A stretch of 32,000 nt of DNA, from positions 151,702 through 183,701 of the forward strand of contig NZ_FNLK01000015.1 in the NCBI RefSeq assembly GCF_900105015.1. Direction: 5' to 3'. Origin of the DNA: Schaalia meyeri (GTDB lineage Bacteria; Actinomycetota; Actinomycetes; Actinomycetales; Actinomycetaceae). Position 1 is the first letter of the stretch. Each line of letters starts with the position of its first letter. Below the pieces are notes generated by a model. That model saw only the letters and a program-made list of their open reading frames with translations. It had not been told where the DNA came from and ran no database searches. Made by a program: the position numbers and the translations under genes. Below, one piece after another: positions 25,085 through 32,000 of this stretch.

Positions 25085-26646
25085 TCCTTGAGGGAGACGT
25101 GAATTTGTTCTTCAAGGAGGTGATCTATCTCGAACGCATTGAGAAGTTCGTTTGTCAGACGTGTTATTCTCTTCTCAATCGGCTCAGCATCGGGGTCGAT
25201 GGAGTCGTCGAGTCCGACGTACCGGCCGGGGGTGAGGATGAAGTCGTTGTCGGTGATTTCCTGGATAGTGGCTGCTTTGCAGAATCCGGGCACATTCTCG
25301 TAGTCATTGTACTCAGTCCGGGAGCGCCACGTATTGTACACACTGGAGATTCGCTCGATGTCATCAGCAGTGAGCTGACGGTGGGCGCGAGTGATCATCT
25401 CACCCGTGTTGCGCGCGTCGATGAACAATACCTCGCCGTGCCGGTCGCGGTGCCCGTCGCCATGACGGTTCTTGGAAAGGAACCACAGGCAGGCCGGGAT
25501 GCCGGTGTTGAAGAAGAGTTTGTCGGGCAGTGCCACGATGCAGTCCACCACGTCCGCCTCGACCATAGCTCGGCGGATGATGCCGTCAGTCTTTGCTTTG
25601 GAGGAGAGCGCCCCGTTCGCCATGACGAAGCCCGCGCTACCAGAAGGGCTCAAGTGGTAGAGGAAATGCTGAATCCACGCGTAGTTCGCGTTAGAGTCGT
25701 TCGGAGTGTCATACACCCAACGCGGGTCGTCCTGGAGTGTGGCGGACCAGTAGCCCTTGAGGTTGAAGGGCGGGTTGGCGATGATGAAGTCCGCGCGCAG
25801 ATCCGGGTGCTGGTCCTCGGTGAAGGTCTCAGCGTCCCGAGGGCCGAGGTCTGCCTCGATCCCTCTCAGCGCCAGGTTCATCTTAGCCAGTCTCCACGTG
25901 GACGCAGCCTTCTCCTGGCCGTAGATCGACAGTTCGTCGCGATTTCCGCCGTGCGCCTCAACGAACCTCGCGGATTGCACGAACATACCACCACTGCCGC
26001 AGCATGGATCGTACACGCGACCTGAAAAAGGCTGGAGCATCTCCACAAGGAGGTTGACGACGCTCCTTGGCGTGTAAAATTCCCCGCCGTCCTTGCCCTT
26101 CTCCGCGCCGGCGAACATACCGAGGAAATACTCGTAGACTCTGCCGAGGATGTCGTCGGCATTGTGATCGTCGTCAGCGCCGAATCCGATGGAGCCGATG
26201 AGGTCGATGAGTTCACCGAGCATCTCCTCCTTGAGGTCCTCGCGTCCGTAGTTGCGCGGCAGCACGCCCATGAGTGATGGGTTCGCCCGCTCAATCAACC
26301 GCATGGCCCCGTCGATTCGCTGGCCGATTCCGGGGAGTTTCGCCGCTGCTTGGAGCTGATCCCAACGCGCGCCGCCGGGAATCCAAAAGACGTTGTGACC
26401 AGAGTACTCGTCCCTGTCCTCCAGGAACGACCCGGTCTGCGCTTCGTCCAAGCCGTCCTCAACGAGCTCCCGGCGCAGCTCCTCCCGGCGCTCCGCGAAT
26501 TTGTCCGAGACGTACTTGAGGAACACGAGCCCGAGCACAACGTGCTTGTATTCAGAGGCCTCCTGGTTCCCCTTCGCCCGCATTGTTTCAGCGGTAGACC
26601 AAAGAGTTTGCTCAATACTCGGCGTCGTTCTTTTGTCTGTCGGCAT
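25075..26646 (-). CDS. hsdM: Type I restriction-modification N6-adenine methyltransferase subunit
   Basis: 523 aa. The N-terminal HsdM domain reads LWSTAETMRAKG...YKHVVLGLVFLKYVSD. Also present are the AdoMet motif VYDPCCGSGGMF and the catalytic motif IIANPPFN. Confidence 0.92.
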   Translation of the reverse strand: MPTDKRTTPSIEQTLWSTAETMRAKGNQEASEYKHVVLGLVFLKYVSDKFAERREELRRELVEDGLDEAQTGSFLEDRDEYSGHNVFWIPGGARWDQLQAAAKLPGIGQRIDGAMRLIERANPSLMGVLPRNYGREDLKEEMLGELIDLIGSIGFGADDDHNADDILGRVYEYFLGMFAGAEKGKDGGEFYTPRSVVNLLVEMLQPFSGRVYDPCCGSGGMFVQSARFVEAHGGNRDELSIYGQEKAASTWRLAKMNLALRGIEADLGPRDAETFTEDQHPDLRADFIIANPPFNLKGYWSATLQDDPRWVYDTPNDSNANYAWIQHFLYHLSPSGSAGFVMANGALSSKAKTDGIIRRAMVEADVVDCIVALPDKLFFNTGIPACLWFLSKNRHGDGHRDRHGEVLFIDARNTGEMITRAHRQLTADDIERISSVYNTWRSRTEYNDYENVPGFCKAATIQEITDNDFILTPGRYVGLDDSIDPDAEPIEKRITRLTNELLNAFEIDHLLEEQIHVSLKEWQ

Positions 26647-26896
26647 TGCGATTTCCTTAGCTATCTCCCGCTTGCTTCAACGGCTTGTCGATCACCGTGA
26701 GGGCTCGCAGGGAGTTGTGGTGTCGGTGTGTGATTCTAGCGGGGAGATCTCCTCCGATGTCTTCCGAGGTGCCCCAATCGACACGACAAAGGATCTTACG
26801 CTCAGAACCTTGACGGATCTGGTGGGAGTTTGATCGGCGAATGTCGCCGCCGACAGGAACCTTGGGACTCGGTCCCCCGGTCCCAAGGGCTCTGAC

Positions 26897-27646
26897 CTAC
26901 CCCTGACTCACCTCGGCCCGGATGAGGGGGATCGGGTAGGCGGCGGCCGAGATGGGGGAGAGGTAGGAATCGGTGATGCCCGCGGTGAAGGCGTCGATGC
27001 CGAGGACCTTGTAGAGGGCGTTGCGGCCGAACTTGGTGGAGTCCGCGACGAAGTAGGCGGTCGACGCGATCGCGCGGACCTTCTGCTGCAGCTCGATCGA
27101 GTAGCCGGAGGAGGCGTAGATGCCGTCCTCCATCACCGAGTTTGCCCCAAACACGGCGGTGTTCACGCGGATGTGGTCCAGCTGGTCGATCGCGGTCGGC
27201 CCCCACATGTGCGTCCGGTTGGGCAGCAGCTCGCCCCCGACGAACACCAGGTTCAGCGATGGCTTCTTGAGGATCTCCAGGCCAACCAGCAGGTCGTGCG
27301 TCACCACGGTGACGCGGCGGGCGTTGAGGGCGCGCGCAACCTCCAGGCACGTCGACCCCGAGTCGAGGAAGACGGACTGCCCGTCCAGGATCCGCTCCGC
27401 CATCGCCGGCCCGATCGCGCGCTTCTCGGCTCGGTTGGGCGAATCGTGCAGGAACTCCTCGGTGTCCTCGTCCTGCGGGACGGGGATCGCGCCTCCGTGG
27501 GTGCGGCGCACGAGGCCCGCCTCGGCAAGGTGCTCCAGGTCCCTGCGGATGGTTGACACGTTGACCTCGAGGGCTTCCGCCAGGGAGGACACGGTCTCGA
27601 AGCCTGTCGCCTCAATCATGGAAACAATGGTGTCTTGCCGGGTCAC
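26897..27646 (-). CDS. DeoR-family transcriptional regulator
   Basis: 249 aa with a GTG start. The HTH reads VSSLAEALEVNVSTIRRDLEHLAEAGLVRRTHGGA, followed by a DeoR C-terminal sugar-phosphate-sensor domain. It is divergent from the sugar ABC genes. Confidence 0.88.
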   Translation of the reverse strand: MTRQDTIVSMIEATGFETVSSLAEALEVNVSTIRRDLEHLAEAGLVRRTHGGAIPVPQDEDTEEFLHDSPNRAEKRAIGPAMAERILDGQSVFLDSGSTCLEVARALNARRVTVVTHDLLVGLEILKKPSLNLVFVGGELLPNRTHMWGPTAIDQLDHIRVNTAVFGANSVMEDGIYASSGYSIELQQKVRAIASTAYFVADSTKFGRNALYKVLGIDAFTAGITDSYLSPISAAAYPIPLIRAEVSQG

Positions 27647-28038
27647 GATGCTTCCTTCTGCTGGCTACGGACGGGGGACGGCGGCGGAATCAACGACGGA
27701 TGCCTGCAACAGGGCATCGCGGACTCCGCCCTCTTGACACTGTAGCGAACTTTCGGAGCGAATGTGCGCGATACCGCGCAACGAGAGATCTCGCGAGTAA
27801 TCGCAGTCTACGGGGAGTTATTCGCTCAGTATTTGCGTGTAACCGTGCAACCGAGCGGAGAGGACCGCGCGATGATGGCTGCTTCAGCGCATGAGACATG
27901 CGCGAAAGAGAGTTGTAAATGCGCGAAAGCGCGTGTACTGTTGGTGATTGCGACGCGGGTCACGCCATGTTGCGTGCGCCATCGCGGGAGATGGCGAACC
28001 CACAGCGTCGGCCAACGAGATCACGAGGAAGTGACGAC

Positions 28039-29085
28039 ATGAAGATCGGAAGACTGAGCGCGGCAGCGATGTCCATTGCGTCGATCCTGGCTCTGACGGC
28101 CTGCTCGACCGTCGGTGGGACGGCCGGGGAGAACCCCGGGAGCACCACCGGATCGGCCTCAGGCGATGCCAGCAAGACGATGGTCACCGTCGTCAAGGTC
28201 AAGGGAATCGCCTGGTTTGATCGAATGGACGTCGGAGTCAAGGAGTGGGGCGCCGCCAACGGCTACGACACGCGAACGGAAGGAGGAACGGACGTCTCCC
28301 CCGAGAAGCAGATCCAGATCATCCAGGATCTCATCGCGCAAAAGCCCGCGGCCATCACCGTCGTCCCCAACTCCCCCGAGGCCCTCTCCGCGGTCCTTGA
28401 GCAGGCCCGAGCCCAGGGCATCAAGGTGGTCTCCCACGAGGCGACCGGCATCAAGAACGTCGACGTCGACATCGAAGCCTTCGACAACGCCTCCTACGGG
28501 GTAGACATCATGAAGAGCATCGGCGAATGCACTGGCGGCACCGGCAAGTACGTGCAATTCGTCGGCGGCCTGACCGCCAAGACCCACATGGAATGGGTCG
28601 AGGCAGCCTACGACTACCAGCAGAAGAACTTCCCAGGCATGGAGCGAGTCGAAACGCCCATCGAGTCCACCGACAACGAGACCGCCGCCTACGAGAAGGC
28701 GAAGGAGGTGCTCGGCAAGTACCCCGACATCAAGGCCTTCCAGGGCTCCGCAGGTAACGACGTGCCCGGCATTGCACGCGCGATCGAAGAAGCCGGCCTC
28801 TCCGACCAGGTCTGCGTCATGGGAACCTCCATCCCCTCCGCCTCCGCCAAGTACCTCGCCACCGGATCGATCGACAAGATCTTCTTCTGGGATCCCGCCC
28901 TCGCCGGGAAGGCCCAGCTCCAGATCGCCAAGATCCTCGCTGACGGCGGAACCATCACCGAGGGCACGGACCTCGGCATCGAGGGCTACAACAACCTGCA
29001 CAAGCTCGACGGCTACGACAACGTCTGGGTCGGCTCCGCCCAGATCGCCGCCGACGCCGAGCAAGCCAAGAAGTACAACTTCTAA
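28039..29085 (+). CDS. Sugar ABC transporter substrate-binding lipoprotein (PBP1, RbsB/LsrB-like)
   Basis: Start at the internal ATG 28039 (MKIGRLSAAAMSIASILALTACS, lipobox LTAC) with SD gaggaag upstream. The track start 27919 was rejected. The body is a type 1 periplasmic-binding fold (VVKVKGIAWFDRM..., ITVVPNSPEAL...). Confidence 0.85.
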   Translation: MKIGRLSAAAMSIASILALTACSTVGGTAGENPGSTTGSASGDASKTMVTVVKVKGIAWFDRMDVGVKEWGAANGYDTRTEGGTDVSPEKQIQIIQDLIAQKPAAITVVPNSPEALSAVLEQARAQGIKVVSHEATGIKNVDVDIEAFDNASYGVDIMKSIGECTGGTGKYVQFVGGLTAKTHMEWVEAAYDYQQKNFPGMERVETPIESTDNETAAYEKAKEVLGKYPDIKAFQGSAGNDVPGIARAIEEAGLSDQVCVMGTSIPSASAKYLATGSIDKIFFWDPALAGKAQLQIAKILADGGTITEGTDLGIEGYNNLHKLDGYDNVWVGSAQIAADAEQAKKYNF

Positions 29086-29092
29086 CGAGGCG

Positions 29093-29128
29093 GCCCCGGC
29101 CTCGGCGCGAGAAAGGCGAGGCCGGGGC
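29093..29128 (+). other. Intercistronic GC-rich stem-loop between SBP and ATPase genes
   Basis: GCCCCGGCCTCG (29093-29104) and CGAGGCCGGGGC (29117-29128) form a perfect 12-bp stem with a 12-nt loop and no T-tract. Such hairpins commonly stabilise the SBP part of ABC operon mRNAs. A mirror copy lies at 29906-29941. Confidence 0.5.
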
Positions 29129-29175
29129 TCGCGTCCCACGACAGCGCTGTCCACACGACACTCGAAGGAGAGCAC

Positions 29176-29547
29176 ATGCGCACCAATGTGGAACAAGCAC
29201 CGCGCCCCAACGGACAAGGCTCGAGCGCGCACGAGAACCCCTTCCTAGAGGTTCGTCATATTGTCAAAAACTTTGGCGGCGTCCGAGCCCTCGACAGTGT
29301 CGACCTGGCTGTGTGGCCCGGCGAGGTCCTGTGCCTGGCCGGAGAGAACGGCTGCGGGAAATCAACCCTCATCAAGGTAATTTCCGGCGTACACCGGCCA
29401 GACTCAGGAACCATCGCAATTGACGGCCAAGAAATCACGGCACTCACGCCGCTCAGTGCGATGAAAGCAGGCATTCAGGTCATCTACCAGGACTTCTCCT
29501 CCCCCTCCGTCCGGTCTCCAACCTCACCCGTGGACCGAGAACATCAT
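29176..29547 (+). pseudogene. Sugar ABC transporter ATP-binding protein, N-terminal ~100 codons only; reading frame decays in the palindrome spacer
   Basis: The sequence [49 protein letters not shown] contains Walker A. The Q-loop region reads [11 protein letters not shown]. Beyond 29484 the expected motifs appear only across three frames. The gene is then cut by the start of the inverted right arm. Confidence 0.75.
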
Positions 29548-29858
29548 GATGACCTGAATGCCTGCTTTTCATCGCACTGAGCGGCGTGAGTGCCGTGATT
29601 TCTTGGCCGTCAATTGCGATGGTTCCTGAGTCTGGCCGGTGTACGCCGGAAATTACCTTGATGAGGGTTGATTTCCCGCAGCCGTTCTCTCCGGCCAGGC
29701 ACAGGACCTCGCCGGGCCACACAGCCAGGTCGACACTGTCGAGGGCTCGGACGCCGCCAAAGTTTTTGACAATATGACGAAACCTCTAGGAAGGGGTTCT
29801 CGTGCGCGCTCGAGCCTTGTCCGTTGGGGCGCGGTGCTTGTTCCACATTGGTGCGCAT
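29548..29858 (-). pseudogene. Mirror copy of the ABC ATPase 5' fragment, frameshifted
   Basis: It starts with the identical [26 protein letters not shown]. An extra T (AAA at 29780-29782 on the plus strand versus TT at 29252-29253 in the left arm) then shifts the frame. Confidence 0.7.
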
Positions 29859-29948
29859 GTGCTCTCCTTCGAGTGTCGTGTGGACAGCGCTGTCGTGGGA
29901 CGCGAGCCCCGGCCTCGCCTTTCTCGCGCCGAGGCCGGGGCCGCCTCG

Positions 29949-30995
29949 TTAGAAGTTGTACTTCTTGGCTTGCTCGGCGTCGGCGGCGATCTGGGCGGAG
30001 CCGACCCAGACGTTGTCGTAGCCGTCGAGCTTGTGCAGGTTGTTGTAGCCCTCGATGCCGAGGTCCGTGCCCTCGGTGATGGTTCCGCCGTCAGCGAGGA
30101 TCTTGGCGATCTGGAGCTGGGCCTTCCCGGCGAGGGCGGGATCCCAGAAGAAGATCTTGTCGATCGATCCGGTGGCGAGGTACTTGGCGGAGGCGGAGGG
30201 GATGGAGGTTCCCATGACGCAGACCTGGTCGGAGAGGCCGGCTTCTTCGATCGCGCGTGCAATGCCGGGCACGTCGTTACCTGCGGAGCCCTGGAAGGCC
30301 TTGATGTCGGGGTACTTGCCGAGCACCTCCTTCGCCTTCTCGTAGGCGGCGGTCTCGTTGTCGGTGGACTCGATGGGCGTTTCGACTCGCTCCATGCCTG
30401 GGAAGTTCTTCTGCTGGTAGTCGTAGGCTGCCTCGACCCATTCCATGTGGGTCTTGGCGGTCAGGCCGCCGACGAATTGCACGTACTTGCCGGTGCCGCC
30501 AGTGCATTCGCCGATGCTCTTCATGATGTCTACCCCGTAGGAGGCGTTGTCGAAGGCTTCGATGTCGACGTCGACGTTCTTGATGCCGGTCGCCTCGTGG
30601 GAGACCACCTTGATGCCCTGGGCTCGGGCCTGCTCAAGGACCGCGGAGAGGGCCTCGGGGGAGTTGGGGACGACGGTGATGGCCGCGGGCTTTTGCGCGA
30701 TGAGATCCTGGATGATCTGGATCTGCTTCTCGGGGGAGACGTCCGTTCCTCCTTCCGTTCGCGTGTCGTAGCCGTTGGCGGCGCCCCACTCCTTGACTCC
30801 GACGTCCATTCGATCAAACCAGGCGATTCCCTTGACCTTGACGACGGTGACCATCGTCTTGCTGGCATCGCCTGAGGCCGATCCGGTGGTGCTCCCGGGG
30901 TTCTCCCCGGCCGTCCCACCGACGGTCGAGCAGGCCGTCAGAGCCAGGATCGACGCAATGGACATCGCTGCCGCGCTCAGTCTTCCGATCTTCAT
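29949..30995 (-). CDS. Mirror copy of the sugar-binding lipoprotein gene
   Basis: The translation is identical to 28039..29085(+). Whether it exists in the real genome depends on whether the inverted duplication is genuine. Confidence 0.6.
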   Translation of the reverse strand: MKIGRLSAAAMSIASILALTACSTVGGTAGENPGSTTGSASGDASKTMVTVVKVKGIAWFDRMDVGVKEWGAANGYDTRTEGGTDVSPEKQIQIIQDLIAQKPAAITVVPNSPEALSAVLEQARAQGIKVVSHEATGIKNVDVDIEAFDNASYGVDIMKSIGECTGGTGKYVQFVGGLTAKTHMEWVEAAYDYQQKNFPGMERVETPIESTDNETAAYEKAKEVLGKYPDIKAFQGSAGNDVPGIARAIEEAGLSDQVCVMGTSIPSASAKYLATGSIDKIFFWDPALAGKAQLQIAKILADGGTITEGTDLGIEGYNNLHKLDGYDNVWVGSAQIAADAEQAKKYNF

Positions 30996-31387
30996 GTCGT
31001 CACTTCCTCGTGATCTCGTTGGCCGACGCTGTGGGTTCGCCATCTCCCGCGATGGCGCACGCAACATGGCGTGACCCGCGTCGCAATCACCAACAGTACA
31101 CGCGCTTTCGCGCATTTACAACTCTCTTTCGCGCATGTCTCATGCGCTGAAGCAGCCATCATCGCGCGGTCCTCTCCGCTCGGTTGCACGGTTACACGCA
31201 AATACTGAGCGAATAACTCCCCGTAGACTGCGATTACTCGCGAGATCTCTCGTTGCGCGGTATCGCGCACATTCGCTCCGAAAGTTCGCTACAGTGTCAA
31301 GAGGGCGGAGTCCGCGATGCCCTGTTGCAGGCATCCGTCGTTGATTCCGCCGCCGTCCCCCGTCCGTAGCCAGCAGAAGGAAGCATC

Positions 31388-32000
31388 GTGACCCGGCAAG
31401 ACACCATTGTTTCCATGATTGAGGCGACAGGCTTCGAGACCGTGTCCTCCCTGGCGGAAGCCCTCGAGGTCAACGTGTCAACCATCCGCAGGGACCTGGA
31501 GCACCTTGCCGAGGCGGGCCTCGTGCGCCGCACCCACGGAGGCGCGATCCCCGTCCCGCAGGACGAGGACACCGAGGAGTTCCTGCACGATTCGCCCAAC
31601 CGAGCCGAGAAGCGCGCGATCGGGCCGGCGATGGCGGAGCGGATCCTGGACGGGCAGTCCGTCTTCCTCGACTCGGGGTCGACGTGCCTGGAGGTTGCGC
31701 GCGCCCTCAACGCCCGCCGCGTCACCGTGGTGACGCACGACCTGCTGGTTGGCCTGGAGATCCTCAAGAAGCCATCGCTGAACCTGGTGTTCGTCGGGGG
31801 CGAGCTGCTGCCCAACCGGACGCACATGTGGGGGCCGACCGCGATCGACCAGCTGGACCACATCCGCGTGAACACCGCCGTGTTTGGGGCAAACTCGGTG
31901 ATGGAGGACGGCATCTACGCCTCCTCCGGCTACTCGATCGAGCTGCAGCAGAAGGTCCGCGCGATCGCGTCGACCGCCTACTTCGTCGCGGACTCCACCA
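31388..32000 (+). CDS. Mirror copy of the DeoR-family regulator gene (3' end beyond window)
   Basis: This is the reverse complement of 27034..27646, with GTG at 31388 and the same MTRQDTIVSMIEATGFETVSSLAEALEV... translation. Whether it is real depends on the inverted duplication being genuine. Confidence 0.6.
   Translation, partial: MTRQDTIVSMIEATGFETVSSLAEALEVNVSTIRRDLEHLAEAGLVRRTHGGAIPVPQDEDTEEFLHDSPNRAEKRAIGPAMAERILDGQSVFLDSGSTCLEVARALNARRVTVVTHDLLVGLEILKKPSLNLVFVGGELLPNRTHMWGPTAIDQLDHIRVNTAVFGANSVMEDGIYASSGYSIELQQKVRAIASTAYFVADST

Larger units (their letters stand above)
27034..29484. repeat. Left arm of large inverted duplication (visible part)
   Basis: This arm is the reverse complement of 29548-32000. 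Position x pairs with 59034-x up to ~29250. 27034 is simply the partner of the window end, so the true outer boundary is unknown. Confidence 0.97.
29548..32000. repeat. Right arm of large inverted duplication (runs off window end)
   Basis: Mirror-identical ORFs appear in the track, for example 27919..29085(+) = 29949..31115(-) and 27120..27737(+) = 31297..31914(-). I found only two 1-nt homopolymer differences from the left arm. Confidence 0.97.

Noticed and set aside
26647-26896. Possible integrase or transposase remnant, or an att site, between hsdM and deoR
   Set aside because: Six-frame translations show no recognisable recombinase motifs, and I found no tRNA or matching direct repeat by eye. 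I leave it as an unexplained intergenic region.
27919-28038. Track start of the sugar-binding protein at 27919, and its mirror at 30996..31115
   Set aside because: The 40-aa extension has no signal-peptide character. ATG 28039 has an SD and begins a classical lipoprotein signal (lipobox LTAC).
27034-32000. Interpreting the big inverted repeat as IS or transposon terminal inverted repeats, or as an invertible phase-variation segment
   Set aside because: The arms are whole operon DNA (regulator, SBP, ATPase fragment) and not short ends. No transposase or recombinase is enclosed. The spacer between the arms is only 63 nt of ATPase coding sequence, so there is nothing to invert.
1-32000. tRNA, rRNA, tmRNA, RNase P or riboswitch genes
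   Set aside because: I saw no tRNA T-loop or acceptor signature (GGTTCGAATCC-type) and no rRNA-like conserved blocks on either strand. Covariance-model scanning would be needed to exclude small RNAs.

Overview
High-GC actinobacterial chromosomal window; the exact taxon cannot be verified without a search. It lies near the replication origin: the 3' end of parB is followed by three perfect 16-bp consensus parS sites (1542, 4090, 12911).

Layout:
- 1-4 kb: housekeeping genes (HAD hydrolase, ddl, PLP aminotransferase).
- 4.3-5.9 kb: gene-poor patch with an NYN-like gene remnant, a strongly G-rich tract, a 32-codon ORF and orphan terminator-like hairpins.
- 5.9-12.6 kb: five-gene, translationally coupled 'anchored-repeat' TroA/ZnuA-type metal ABC transporter operon. 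It is preceded by a promoter overlapped by a Fur/Zur-like box.
- 12.6-13.2 kb: two tandem-repeat arrays. One has a 17-bp GC-rich unit. The other has a 21-bp AT-rich unit in which each copy carries the palindrome TCTAT-GAG-ATAGA.
- 13.2-26.7 kb: accessory or defence-like segment. It holds an AlbA_2/HATPase_c_4/wHTH protein, a DUF6318-like operon with a disrupted secreted-protein gene, a ParB/Srx-fold protein coupled to a Dam-family methyltransferase, and a complete type I R-M operon (hsdM-S-R).
- 26.9-32.0 kb: a deoR regulator, a sugar-binding lipoprotein and the first ~100 codons of an ABC ATPase, then the reverse complement of the same sequence out to the window end.

That last segment is the most striking structure. 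It is a near-perfect inverted duplication of at least 2.45 kb per arm around a 63-nt spacer at 29485-29547. I think a fold-back assembly artefact is the most likely explanation, but it needs checking. The best candidate for an undescribed system is the ParB-like + Dam pair beside the type I R-M. The phased palindromic repeat array upstream of the AlbA_2 gene comes second.

No rRNA, tRNA, CRISPR array, transposase or integrase was recognised. All family assignments come from motif recognition by eye; no database search was possible.
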